Shown: positions 11,809 to 25,164 of the stretch, piece after piece
Layout of the letters: each line of letters starts with the position of its first letter
How positions within the stretch are numbered: the first letter of the stretch is position 1
Assembly (NCBI RefSeq): GCF_001194135.2
Contig: NC_068995.1
Coordinates: 48,834,924-48,887,087, forward strand
Direction of reading: 5' to 3'
Length of the DNA: 52,164 nt
DNA from: Octopus bimaculoides
Taxonomy: Eukaryota
Position numbers and translations under genes: made by a program
The notes under the pieces: generated by a model
Databases searched by the model: none
The model's input: the letters and a program-made list of their open reading frames with translations, nothing else
Told to the model about the DNA's origin: nothing

Positions 11809-12847
11809 NNNNNNNNNNNNNNNNNNNNNNNNNNNNNNNNNNNNNNNNNNNNNNNNNNNNNNNNNNNNNNNNNNNNNNNNNNNNNNNNNNNNNNNNNNNN
11901 NNNNNNNNNNNNNNNNNNNNNNNNNNNNNNNNNNNNNNNNNNNNNNNNNNNNNNNNNNNNNNNNNNNNNNNNNNNNNNNNNNNNNNNNNNNNNNNNNNNN
12001 NNNNNNNNNNNNNNNNNNNNNNNNNNNNNNNNNNNNNNNNNNNNNNNNNNNNNNNNNNNNNNNNNNNNNNNNNNNNNNNNNNNNNNNNNNNNNNNNNNNN
12101 NNNNNNNNNNNNNNNNNNNNNNNNNNNNNNNNNNNNNNNNNNNNNNNNNNNNNNNNNNNNNNNNNNNNNNNNNNNNNNNNNNNNNNNNNNNNNNNNNNNN
12201 NNNNNNNNNNNNNNNNNNNNNNNNNNNNNNNNNNNNNNNNNNNNNNNNNNNNNNNNNNNNNNNNNNNNNNNNNNNNNNNNNNNNNNNNNNNNNNNNNNNN
12301 NNNNNNNNNNNNNNNNNNNNNNNNNNNNNNNNNNNNNNNNNNNNNNNNNNNNNNNNNNNNNNNNNNNNNNNNNNNNNNNNNNNNNNNNNNNNNNNNNNNN
12401 NNNNNNNNNNNNNNNNNNNNNNNNNNNNNNNNNNNNNNNNNNNNNNNNNNNNNNNNNNNNNNNNNNNNNNNNNNNNNNNNNNNNNNNNNNNNNNNNNNNN
12501 NNNNNNNNNNNNNNNNNNNNNNNNNNNNNNNNNNNNNNNNNNNNNNNCAGACAGACAGATAGATAGATAGATACATTTCTTTTATTAGCCACACAGGGCT
12601 CAACAAAGATGGGACAAATACAAAGTAGAGCTTTTCTTTTTGGTAGGGGGTAGGAAAAAAAAATAGGGGTGTGTCGATCAAAAGGGATCGTAGGAAGGGA
12701 AGAAGGGGGAAGTTCGATCAAAAGGGGTCGAGAAAAAAAACAAAAAAGATAGATAGATAGATAGATAGACAGAGATATAATATACATACATATCATATTT
12801 ACATACATACATCCATATATGCATACATGCATACATACATACATACA

Positions 12848-12881
<34 letters not shown>

Positions 12882-13129
12882 CATGAAGACATGAAACTAG
12901 ACAGACAAATAGGTAGACAGACGGATAGAAAGTGTTTGTAATTTTCTACATCCTTTCTGAATACTTCCGGCTGAAGTGATGAAGAGGAGAAAATAGTGTT
13001 GAGAGAAGTAGTCATGGTGAAGTGGGGAGAGAGGGATGGAAATAATCGATGGAAGCAAGGTTCAGGAATTCAATTTAGAAGAGGTGTGAAATAGGTTTAA
13101 GACTGCAAGATGTGTGAGAGAGAGAGACA

Positions 13130-13642
<513 letters not shown>

Positions 13643-13949
13643 TGTGTTGTTTTTCATGCGTTTAGATATGCATATCAATATGTGTGTATGTATGTTTCTA
13701 TGTGCATATGACAGTTGGGGAGTGTAGGGCATTGAATAGCCTCAGGAAAACAGGATAGAGAAATATGCAGGCGAAGGAGGGTTAGTGGCCTATGTAAGAC
13801 AAACCGATTGATGCACAGATATATGAGAGTGTGTGTGTGTTCGTGTGCGTATCTATATACACAGGTATATACTTGTGTGTGTGTATGCATGTATCCGAAC
13901 GCACACGCACCCACACCAATATACATGGTGAAAGAATTTTATATCTGTA

Positions 13950-14345
13950 CGTGTGTATGCTGAAAATTTCTTGGCTTTATGCAAAAGAAAATACAGGAGG
14001 ATCAGTTAATTGTCATTTTATTCAACATATTTCCCTCTCAGATTCACACACTTATTACAGCGGTTCTTCAGTTTTTCTAAGCCCAGTAAAAGAACTCAGA
14101 AAGTTGTGCCGTTTTCGAAACCCTTCAAGCCAAAAATTTTTCAGCTCCCCCACATGTAAAGTTCCTGGATTTTAGTAAAAGAAAATACCGGCGGATATTC
14201 AATATATACCCCTCTCTGATTCACACACTTATTGCAACGGTCCTTCAGTTTAACTTAGCCCTGTAAAAGAACACGGAATTTGGGGCTTCCAAGCAGGTCT
14301 TTCTCAATGCCCTTAAAGACAGAAACTTTTCAGCAGCCACTGGTT
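13950..14345 (-). mobile_element. Tandem dimer of a short (~205 bp) mariner-derived MITE (13950-14156 and about 14158-14345)
   Basis: Both units align to the reverse complement of 41020-41224. First unit, minus frame: EFF/GLEKLKNRCNKCVNLRGKYVE* (stop at 14018-14020). TIR remnants TGCTGAAAATTTCTTGGC and TTTTCAGC. Confidence 0.8.
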
Positions 14346-14370
14346 CATCTTTTAAGTTTATAGATATTCA

Positions 14371-14580
14371 TTTCAAATTTTGGCACAAGGCCAGAAATTT
14401 CGGGGGAGAGGTAAGTTGATTGCATCCACCGAATGCTCACCAGGTACTTAACATATCGACCTCGAAAAGGATGAAAAGCAAATTAGGTCGTGGCAGAATT
14501 TGAACGCAGAACGTAAAGACGGACGAAATACCGCTAAGTATTTTGGCCGGCGCGCCACCGATTCTACTAGCTCGCCGCCT
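14371..14580 (-). mobile_element. SINE family C, full length
   Basis: Reverse complement runs from head AGGCGGCGAGCTAGTAGAATCGG to tail GGCCTTGTGCCAAAATTTGAAA. Confidence 0.8.
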
Positions 14581-14640
14581 TTATATATTTATTGGTTACA
14601 GATTTGAGCACAAGGCCAGTGTCTTCGGTGGGTGGTTAAT

Positions 14641-14860
14641 GGTAACGTTACCTTCTCGAGTCATACTGACTCATAAGAGCCGGTTCCCGGTTTCGTGGCC
14701 TATATATTCCCCTCCTGGATAGGACGCTGGTCCGTCGTAGGATTACTCATTTTTGCCAACTGAATGGACTGGAGCAACGCATCAGCCGGTACAGGAATCG
14801 AAATCACAATCTTACGATCATGAAGTCCAACACCCTAACCACTAAGCCACGCGCCTCCAC
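14641..14860 (-). mobile_element. SINE family D
   Basis: Reverse complement head GTGGAGGCGCGTGGCTTAGTGGTTAGGGTGTTGGACT...TTTCGATTCCTG; body GTTGCTCCAGTCCATTCAGTTGGCAAAAATGAG. Confidence 0.7.
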
Positions 14861-14861
14861 A

Positions 14862-14981
14862 ACTTCGTTGGTGGGGGCAAGTCGATTAGGTCGACGCCAA
14901 TGCTCGAATTGTACTTAGATAATCGACCCAAGGGAGATGCCAAAAGGTAAAGTCGACTCCGGCAGAATTTGAACTCAGAAC
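14862..14981 (-). mobile_element. SINE family C, central/3' part
   Basis: GTCGACTCCGGCAGAATTTGAACTCAGAAC is the reverse complement of the family core. Confidence 0.7.
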
Positions 14982-15319
14982 AATGTTTATAAATATTGTC
15001 ATTCCAAAAACAAAGGAAATACCTTTTTTTAGAATTACGACGCAACACTGATATGATGCTGCGATTTTTGGATTGTTGTTGCTGATGCAGTTGCTGTTGT
15101 TGAACATAATGTTGATGTTGTTGCTGCTGCATCGGTGATTTGGTGGAATCCTAATTATTTATTACTTGATACCCATCCATACACATTCATATGTATTATA
15201 GTCTTCACTTGCTTTTGTCATAGAAGTACACTTGCACAAATCGGTGCGCAATGGGATTGAACCATAAACCAATTGGTTGCAAAGCGCAAGTTTCGTAACT
15301 ATACAACAAAGACTACGCC

Positions 15320-15483
15320 ATACACACACAAACACACACATACACACACACACACACATACACACACACACACACACACATACACACACACACATACACA
15401 CACAACATAACACACATAAATATATAAAGAAATATATATATCTGCGTGTATGTGTGTGTATATACATACATATATACACACAC

Positions 15484-15555
<72 letters not shown>

Positions 15556-15642
15556 CATAAATATGTACCTACCTACATATAGATACAGATAGATATAAAT
15601 AGTTAGATAGACAGGGAGACAGACAGATACATATATATATAT

Positions 15643-15731
<89 letters not shown>

Positions 15732-15732
15732 C

Positions 15733-15790
<58 letters not shown>
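15320..15790. repeat. (CA)n/(TA)n/(AGAT)n microsatellite cluster
   Basis: Direct reading. Confidence 0.95.
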
Positions 15791-15973
15791 GTAGAAATGT
15801 GAGTTTGCATATGTATATAAAGTGTATATATATTTCAATTTATTGCATGTATCTCCTGAAATATACTAACACACTATGGCGCGAATTATACATAAAAATA
15901 ATGGAGAAATGTTCAGACGCAAACACTTATATACACTTGTATATATCTTTACACACACACACACAAACACACA

Positions 15974-16005
<32 letters not shown>

Positions 16006-16630
16006 TACACACACACACATATATATATATATATGTATACACATACACACATACACATACATGTATGCGTANNNNNNNNNNGGTCTCTTTGATGCTTGTG
16101 TGTATGTATCTGTGTAGGAGGAGAGATAGGATGGTGCATGGTGTGTGTGTCCGCAATTGTCCAGTTGCACTCATGTGTACATAAAACGAAGCTGACACTC
16201 GGCCATGCCCTCATTGTATGGAAGGAAACTCGACAGTAAACTTTTCGGCTCTGTATCATAGAATGGAAGCGAGGTCAAACCAGAGAACTGACCCCATGCT
16301 TACGTCATTAATGTGTCTTTAATTTCGGCCCCTGCTCATAATCGCATTAACTGATTTCTATTATAGTAGTTGAAATGACAATATCTTTGTTAATAACACC
16401 TCACTCTGCAACCCAAAGATGGTCGGCATAACAATTTAATTCTACTCCTCACACGTCTCACTCACCCCTTTCATTCTCTTTGCTTTTCTCTTTCTCCCCC
16501 CCCTCTCTCTCTCTCTCTCTCTCTTACTCCCTATCGTTCTATATATCTATATCTATCTATCTATATATATCCATCTCTCTCTCTATATATATATACATAT
16601 ATAAATACGCATATATACATATATATGTGC

Positions 16631-16672
<42 letters not shown>

Positions 16673-17672
16673 GCATATGCATATATATACATGTATACAT
16701 ATATATATGCATATATATACATGTATATATATATATGTATGTAACATATATAAATATGTGTGTGTGTGTATGTATATATATGCATAGATAAAAGTAGCGA
16801 TGGTGGGAGAGTATAGAGTGGAGAGTAAGTAGGATAGAAGAGTAAGGAGAGATGGAGCTATGAAGGCAGGTTTAGAAGATGATTATCAATTTTCGTTCGT
16901 TCACCAGATTGTACACCCTCAGGGTAGGAATTTCTGTTATCGCTCAGCGTTTGTTGAAATGTCTAGTGAAGGAATAAAAGGAGAAAACTACAGCTAGACA
17001 CATATACGGACGTCTCTCTCTATCAGTTTGTCTACTGGTCAGTCTGTATGGATAGTTGTAGCTATGATGTATGTCTGCTTGTATCTGTGCGTACGTGTAT
17101 GTATATAAGTATACGTATATAAGTGTATCTATGTATATGTATACATTATATGTGTGTGTGTGTGTATCTGTGTCTGTGAGCACCATTCTCTCAATCGGTG
17201 ATTATGTGTACGTACGTTTGTGTATGTGCGTGTGTTTGTTATGTGTTCGTACGTGTATCTTCTCTTTTCTTTCTAAAACTTTAAAATAATCCAGTGAGAA
17301 AGGAACTAATTTCTAACAAAGTTACCAAGCTCACATAATTGGAATTTATACAACGAAAGCAATGTAACAATCTGAACATAGGAAATGTCTTACATATTTT
17401 TATTGTTCTGTTGACATATTTTTTTATATGTAATTTTGCAAGTTATTCAGTTGATTTCTTTCTCTGTAACACCTTCCGTTTCCTGTTTGTAACTTGCTAA
17501 AATCGTAGTGTTCAAATATATTCTTGATAAAATCGTGACTTTGTATCCTGAGTATACATGCTGAAGACATTCAAAGCATTTGTCCACAATTATTGTACGC
17601 AGCAGCAGCTCGGCCAAGACATAGCTTGAGCAAAATACATTTGATTTTTTTTTTTTTTGTCTAATATATATA

Positions 17673-17802
17673 TACGACGAGCTTCTTTCAGTTTCCGTCT
17701 ACCAAATCCACTCGGAAGACACTTGCCCAAGCTGCCACACAGTGGAACTGAACCCGGAATCATGTGGTTGGGAAGCAAGCTTTTACCACACACCCACGCC
17801 TA
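17673..17802 (-). mobile_element. SINE family A, 5' half, with an internal deletion of about 30 bp
   Basis: Reverse complement of the A head through GAAGCTCGTCG; lacks the ACAAGGCTTTGGTCGGCCCGAGGCTATAGT segment. Confidence 0.8.
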
Positions 17803-18440
17803 CTTTCACGGTAAATGATCGAATTTCGATTGGTTGCAATTTTGATGACGTCTTTTGTATTTCTCGTGGGTGTTTTGGTCAAAATATCTTTTGTTTTAAA
17901 AACGACTACAAGTTTTGAAAGTCAGGTGCATTTTCAAAACCCCAAAACAAATCATTCTATATTTTTTCATGACTGAGAATTCACTTCTCTCCAAATGTGT
18001 GTGTGTGTGTGCTTGTGCGTGTGTGTGTGCGTTTGTGTATGTGTGCGAGCTTGTGTGTGTGTTGCAGATGACAGATCACGGACAATGAAGATGGAGGAGA
18101 CTATAAGGTGAATTAAAACGTGAGGGCGTTTCTTTCCTTGAAGGAAGTAACAAGATAAAGATAATATGGTTTTGATTAGGTATGGATGAAAGAGAACTGG
18201 AAAGTTGTCTTTGAAATACTAAATGATTCCGGCTGCAGGCATTAGTCAAGTGGAATCCTTGCAAGAATAAAACACCTGTACAAAGAAGAGATTAAACAGA
18301 TTGTAGGAGTTGTACACAGCCAACAGTGATGTTAAGTTTCCAGAAATCGCTGTGTCTTTTTCTTTTCGTATATAATTGGTTGTAGTAGCGAGCTGGCAAA
18401 GTCGTTGGGCCGTTGGATAGGATATGTCGATAAAGATATT

Positions 18441-18543
18441 GGCGTGGCCAAGTGGTTAAGAACATCGCTTTGCAATAATATAGTTTCGGCTTCAGTCCCA
18501 ATGCATGGCACCTTCAGCAATTGCCTTCTACTATAGCTGGCCG
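18441..18543 (+). mobile_element. SINE family A head, degenerate
   Basis: GGCGTGGCCAAGTGGTTAAG...TTCAGTCCCAATGCATGGCACCTT...CTTCTACTATAGC. Confidence 0.6.
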
Positions 18544-18641
18544 TCCCTCCTCGTCTCCTATCTACGATCTTAATATCAATGTATCTTTATCGTCTTCTCC
18601 TCCTTCTCTCCATGTTGGTGCATAAGCATAGAGGATATTTG

Positions 18642-19000
18642 ATTCAAAATTTGGCACAGGACCAGCAATTTCCTGGGGAGGTAAGTCGATATTCTCTATC
18701 CCAGTATTTATTCAACTGATACCTATATTATCAACCCCAAAAGGGTTAAAATGAAAATTATGTCAGTGATTGTATAATATTGTTGTCTTCCAGCGACGAG
18801 CTGGCAGAACCGTTAGCACGCCGGGAGAAATGCTTAGCGGTATTTCACCCGTCGCTACGTTCTGAGTTCAAATTCTGCCGAGGTCGACTTTGCCTCTCAT
18901 CCTTTCGAAGTCGATAAATTAAGTACCATTTGCGTACTGGGTTCGATTTAATCGACTGGCCCCTCCCCCAAAACTTCGGGCCTTGTACCTACAGTAGAAG
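18642..19000. mobile_element. Two SINE family C copies in opposite orientation (18642-18765 minus, 3' half; 18792-19000 plus, full)
   Basis: TCAAAATTTGGCACAGGACCAGC (inverted tail); GCGACGAGCTGGCAGAACCGTTAGCACGCCGG...TTCAAATTCTGCCGAGGTCGACTTTGCC...GGGCCTTGTACCTACAGTAGAAG. Confidence 0.8.
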
Positions 19001-19261
19001 AAAATATTGTTTTCTTCTCGCTTCGTACGTATTTCCAGTTAAATTTCCAATCTCCGTTATATAGAATATATTTGGAGTTATTTATTATTTTACACAACAG
19101 GTGTACAAATTGCTATCAAAGGATTTTGCGCCGAAATATGAAGGTAATATTCTATAATTTAGAGATGAGCTTATAATAATACCGAAACATATCCAGACTT
19201 GTCTCCTATCTCCTGTCAAGTATGCATGCCAGAAAATTCAAACTATAGTTTTACTACGAGA

Positions 19262-19311
19262 CTCTGGAATGAAAACGAGGCTCTGGATTGAAAACGAGGC
19301 TCTGGAATGAA
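19262..19311. repeat. 19-bp tandem repeat, about 2.6 copies
   Basis: CTCTGGAATGAAAACGAGG / CTCTGGATTGAAAACGAGG / CTCTGGAATGAA. Confidence 0.85.
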
Positions 19312-20039
19312 TAGAATCTTTTGCCTTATATATACAGTGTATATATGTGTATATCTGTATATATGTGTATATATGTATATATTTGTGTGTGTGTATCTAT
19401 ATGTACCTATACACGCACACACATACATAGGAAAAATATGGATAAACACAAGTTTACATTAAAGTTCCTTCTCGCGTTTCATCATTATCATTGTATGGAA
19501 CCGTGCGTTAGATATTTCAAATACAGATGCCTGCAGATACCTANNNNNNNNNNCGATATATATATGTATGCAATATATATATATATATGTATTAGTACCC
19601 GTACATGTATGCGTATACCTGTGCACATAAATGTACACATACATACATACATACATACATACATACATACATACAATACAATACATACTGGAATATATGT
19701 AAACGCGTGGGTGTGCGTGTGTGTGTGTGTATACGTGTCTGTTTGTATCCAATCACAATCTCCGAATAAAAATACACGCAAACTTCTAAACTTCTAAACA
19801 ACAAACTAAACAAACTGTTATTAATCGCCACGCTTCTACGTATTTGGCTGTTATTAAGTGCAGACTAAAGTATGTTCACAGAAAAATCATTTGAACGCAG
19901 AAAATAAATTGTACTCAACGCTGTTCCTTGCATCTCATTGGACAACGCAAACAGCACATTACACCTAATTCTGATTGCTATCATTGATATATAAGATTTG
20001 TGTATGCATTTATGTATGTATATGTATGTATGTATTTGC

Positions 20040-20072
<33 letters not shown>

Positions 20073-20698
20073 TGTATGTATGTATGTATGTCTATACAGA
20101 GCATGAAGGAAATCGCGTTTCTTATTTGGTGTTATCGATGTGTGATGTTGTCTTTCATTTATTTATTTACTTATTTATTTATTCATTTATTTATGTTTTC
20201 GGATATGAGATGTGCGTACTTTCTAACCCATGACTATACATGATATATAACCATATGTACGTGTGCTTGTGGGTGTAGCGATTGTGGTGGCGGTGGTGGT
20301 GGTGGTGGTGTATGTGTTTCTATGTTTAAATGTATACACCTGTATTCCTGTTTGTGTATGTACATAGACACACATATATATATATATATTTCCGCGCGCA
20401 CATGTATACCTATGCGTATGCGTATGTGTATATACANNNNNNNNNNNNNNNNNNNNNNNNNNNNNNNNNNNNNNNNNNNNNNNNNNNNNNNNNNNNNNNN
20501 NNNNNNNNNNNNNNNNNNNNNNNNNNNNNNNNNNNNNNNNNNNNNNNNNNNNNNNNNNNNNNNNNNNNNNNNNNNNNNNNNNNNNNNNNNNNNNNNNNNN
20601 NNNNNNNNNNNNNNNNNNNNNNNNNNNNNNNNNNNNNNNNNNNNNNNNNNNNNNNNNNNNNNNNNNNNNNNNNNNNNNNNNNNNNNNNNNNNNNNNNN

Positions 20699-20866
20699 GA
20701 AGCGAGAGAGAGAGAGAGAGAAGCGAGAGAGAGAGAGAAGCGAGAGAGAGAGAAGCGAGAGAGAGAGAGAGAGAAGCGAGAGAGAGAGAAGCGAGAGAGA
20801 GAGAAGCGAGAGAGAGAGAAGCGAGAGAGAGAGAGAAGCGAGAGAGAGAGAAGCGAGAGAGAGAGA
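20699..20866. repeat. (GA)n array periodically interrupted by AAGC (incipient minisatellite)
   Basis: AAGCGAGAGAGAGAG units of 14-20 bp repeated about ten times. Confidence 0.85.
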
Positions 20867-20921
20867 CAGATAGATAAAAGGGTAAACTTATCAGACTCTC
20901 TTTCTGTCTGTTTTTCATCCT

Positions 20922-21027
20922 CTCGGGGTCTACGAATTAAACACCAGTGAAACAATGGGGTCGATATAATCGACTAGTTCCCTCTCACCAAATTTCAGGC
21001 CTTAAGGCCTATCGCAGAAAGGATTAT
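20922..21027 (+). mobile_element. SINE family C, 3' half
   Basis: CTCGGGGTC...TGGGGTCGATATAATCGACT...AAATTTCAGGCCTT...AGAAAGGATTAT. Confidence 0.65.
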
Positions 21028-21244
21028 GAGCCGACATCTGATCGTTTCGGGCAAATTTCTACTGCATAAACCTGCTGCACACCCGTGTTACTGAGGTGTA
21101 TGCAGCAATGTGTGTTCTTGTTATTTTTTTCGTGGTAAGGAACGGGAGTATTGCACGAGTTTGTTTTGTTATGTGGTTTGGCTACAGTCTATTGTTGTAT
21201 TGGTGTTTGTATTGTGTGTTGTGTATGTAATGCGAGTTGTGTTC

Positions 21245-21385
21245 TTCGGCAAATGAGACCGTTAGAATAAAAGCCATTCTTTTAAAATATAAGTAATGGG
21301 GTCAATTTGTCCGACTAAACCCTTCAGGATGGAGCTACAGCTTGGCCGTAGTCCAATGACTGAAACAAGTAAAAGATAAAAGACA
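21245..21385 (+). mobile_element. SINE family A, 3' tail
   Basis: TTCGGCAAATGAGACCG.TAGAATAA...TTGGCCGTAGTCCAATGACTGAAACAAGTAAAAGA matches the tail at 39520-39660. Confidence 0.7.
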
Positions 21386-21559
21386 CATGACAATCAAGAG
21401 TGATCTGAGTCCTAAAGCAACAACAACTACAACAATAATTGTTATTTTAATACAAAGACATACACAAAACAGTCCAAAGTTTCTGAAACTTTGCGTCTCC
21501 AATTCCAGTTGTAAGGTTTCTTCATTGGCGATGGAATTCAAGCTCAGAAGTATCCACCA

Positions 21560-21603
<44 letters not shown>

Positions 21604-22528
21604 NNNNNNNNNNNNNNNNNNNNNNNNNNNNNNNNNNNNNNNNNNNNNNNNNNNNNNNNNNNNNNNNNNNNNNNNNNNNNNNNNNNNNNNNNNNNNNNNN
21701 NNNNNNNNNNNNNNNNNNNNNNNNNNNNNNNNNNNNNNNNNNNNNNNNNNNNNNNNNNNNNNNNNNNNNNNNNNNNNNNNNNNNNNNNNNNNNNNNNNNN
21801 NNNNNNNNNNNNNNNNNNNNNNNNNNNNNNNNNNNNNNNNNNNNNNNNNNNNNNNNNNNNNNNNNNNNNNNNNNNNNNNNNNNNNNNNNNNNNNNNNNNN
21901 NNNNNNNNNNNNNNNNNNNNNNNNNNNNNNNNNNNNNNNNNNNNNNNNNNNNNNNNNNNNNNNNNNNNNNNNNNNNNNNNNNNNNNNNNNNNNNNNNNNN
22001 NNNNNNNNNNNNNNNNNNNNNNNNNNNNNNNNNNNNNNNNNNNNNNNNNNNNNNNNNNNNNNNNNNNNNNNNNNNNNNNNNNNNNNNNNNNNNNNNNNNN
22101 NNNNNNNNNNNNNNNNNNNGTATATATGTATACATACATACATACATACGTACACGGACATATTCAACCCCAGCTTTGAAAAAACATCTCTGGCCTACCC
22201 ACTCTGTCCATCTCCTACCTACAATCTTGACGTCAGCTTATCTTCATTTTTCTTCTCCCTCTCTCCATATTGATGCATAACCATACAGAATATGAATTAA
22301 TCTCCATTAACTTAGCTAACCTGACGCCTGTCCAGACTATATAAACCATTGACAAGGTAGATTATTTTGTCACGTGTTAATTAGGTGAGATGTTGGGGTG
22401 GAATGATGGATGTGAGTATTAGCGGCGCTTAAGGTTATTTTTTTTTGTATTTTGTTTTTTTTTTTTTGGTTACTATTAGCGAAGTGGTACCTTCTAACTG
22501 TTGCTGCTGTTGCCGCTGCTGTTAATAT

Positions 22529-22566
<38 letters not shown>

Positions 22567-22596
22567 TTACTAATAATAATAATAATAATAATAATC

Positions 22597-23003
22597 GTTT
22601 CTACACTAGGCCCAATGCCCGAAATTTGGGCGGAATGGGGCCAGTTGCGTACTGGGATCGATTAGATTGTCCCCAGTACGCAACTGGTACTTAATTTATC
22701 GACTTCGAAATAATAAAAGGCAGAGTCGACCTCAGCGGAATTTGAACTCAGAACGTAGCGACCGGCGAAATACCGTTAAGCATTTTGTCCAGCATGCTAA
22801 CGGTTCTACCAGCTCGCCGGCTTGATAATAATAATGATTTCAAATTTTGCTACAAGGGCTGCCATTATGAGGGAGGGGGTGAATCGATTACATCAAGCCC
22901 AGTGTTTCACTGGTACTTAATTTATCGACCTCGAAAGGATGCAAGGTAAAGTCGGCCTTGGCGGAATTTGAACTCAGAACGTGACGGCAGACGAAATACC
23001 GCT
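22597..23003 (-). mobile_element. Two SINE family C copies in direct tandem (22597-22820; 22835-23003), with an (AAT)n/(ACT)n tail at 22530-22595
   Basis: GTCGACCTCAGCGGAATTTGAACTCAGAACG and GTCGGCCTTGGCGGAATTTGAACTCAGAACG. Confidence 0.85.
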
Positions 23004-23823
23004 TTGTCAAAGCTCTTTCGTCACACATCCTGTCACCTCTTCAATGACTCTTTATCCCTCGTGTCTTCTCTTGCTCTGTTTATTCCATTCCTATCAGAAA
23101 CACAAATAAATAAACGTAATAACTGTAACGGAAAACAAATACAAAGAAAGCCAACAGAAAATACATGGATAAGTGGCTACACCAAGTTGAAGTACAAACG
23201 ATGAAAAGTTTTGCAGACAGATATTCATGGTCGTCGGTTACGCCTTCTTAGTTCATCTGAGCGAAATATTTTATCACTAAAATATGCATAACACCTTAAC
23301 ATGTAGTCGTCACTTATGTGTATGTAAATGAAACAAACCGGAAGAATGGACACCAAATATGGCATATAAAGAAAACATAAGTGATTTACCACAAATTACC
23401 GTATAAGTTTATATATGTGATTGTTTGTTTGTATGTATGTATGTATGTATGTATGTATGTATGTATGTATGTATAGCAATGTGCGCGTGGGTGTCCCTGT
23501 ATGTAGGTATGTAAGCAGTCAATCTATGTTTTATATATATATATATATATGTATGTATATATGCAGAAACACGTGCTTATGCATGTATACACTCACATCG
23601 TGACTTTGATAAGTGAAGTTTGGAAATTATATACAAACACCCCGTTATGCGTATGCTCATATAAGCATGCATACATAATTATGGATATATGTACGCACAT
23701 ATGTATGTCTGTGGCCATATGCAGATATATGCATACATATGTATATATATATGTGTGCGTGTGTGTATGTGTGCAGGTACAGACGTATGTATATATTTAA
23801 TTACATGTGCACAGACCCACGCA

Positions 23824-23871
<48 letters not shown>

Positions 23872-23941
23872 TGTATTATATCATATACATAATAACATAA
23901 TACATATGTATGTATGTACGTATGTATAGATAGATAGATAA

Positions 23942-24012
<71 letters not shown>

Positions 24013-24864
24013 TATAAATAGATAGATTTAGTTTATTTGTTGCTAAAACACATATTTAAATTCACATTTGAAATGAAATTATAATTTGGTCGGTAAATAT
24101 TTCAAAGGAATTGGTCTTTATATATATCAAATATCTAAAAAGAAAAATAAATATACGATAAATAGATAAATGTATATATTGAATATATAAATAAATATCT
24201 AAAACAAACCAAATATAAATAAATAAACTAATGAAACAATATAGAAAGAAATTGAAGTATATTTTTGGTAAATTCCTCATTATTTCTTGAAAAGATTGTT
24301 TGCAACATTTTACTGGTTTCTGTTGAGTAAACAAATTAAAAATATTTTCTGATGATTTTTTTTTGTTTTTTTTTTTGTTTTTGTTTTCTGTGTTTTTGTC
24401 TATATTTTTTGTTTTTTAGTTGGGTTTCTCTCCAGGAAACAAGAACTAATTCACAGTTACGCATTTACACATATACAGATAAATATACACACAAACGGCT
24501 CAGACAGATGAGATATACATATAGAAACACACGTAACGATATACATACACAGGTATAGATATACACAGAGAAACATAAGTAGACATATGCATACATCTTA
24601 TACACATGCAAGAACACATATAGAAATAAAGACAAGCGTGAAAATACGCGTGTATATATGTATAGAACACATATATGAGTAGACATACGTAGATTCGCAG
24701 ACACAAATACACTTACGAAGCTACACTTTTGTACAATTACTTATACACAAACACATTCATAGAAATACCAACAAAATCTCAAGCATAAAGACACGTACTT
24801 ATAGATAGATATATGAACGCATGTAGTCACACAAACACGTATGCACATTTATGGGCAGTTACGT

Positions 24865-24969
24865 GGAGGCGCAATGGCCCAGTGGTTAAGGCAGCGGACT
24901 CGCGGTCGTAGGATCGCGGTTAAGTTTTCCAGACCGGGCATTGTGGGTGTTTATTGAGCGAAAACACCT
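24865..24969 (+). mobile_element. SINE family B, 5' part
   Basis: GGAGGCGCAATGGCCCAGTGGTTAAGGCAGCGGACTCGCGGTCGTAGGATCGCGG...GAGCGAAAACACCT. Confidence 0.8.
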
Positions 24970-25164
24970 TTGCATGGCAAAGCGAGGAGGCCAACGTGCC
25001 CCCGTTGATCGAAATGAAGTGATTTGTTCAAGAACTGAAGTGATTTGTTCAAGAGACCCTGAATGCAACACGCACGCACGCACCACACAAGCACACACAC
25101 ACACACTCACACGCACACACTTACACAGATAGGTAGATAGATATCTAAATAGATAGATAAATAG

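Noticed and set aside
16880-16962. Minus-strand exon TFQQTLSDNRNSYPEGVQS after a strong pyrimidine tract
   Set aside because: The tract is the complement of a purine-rich low-complexity stretch and the available donors are weak; cannot be supported without reads.
18170-18330. Reverse-transcriptase-like WKVVFEIL...ILARIKHLY
   Set aside because: The similarity is only an impression over a few residues and is interrupted by a stop.
21476-21494. Short palindromes (CAAAGTTTC-T-GAAACTTTG; also AGACTATATAGTCT near 37172)
   Set aside because: Stems of 7-9 bp are expected by chance in 45 kb of AT-rich DNA.
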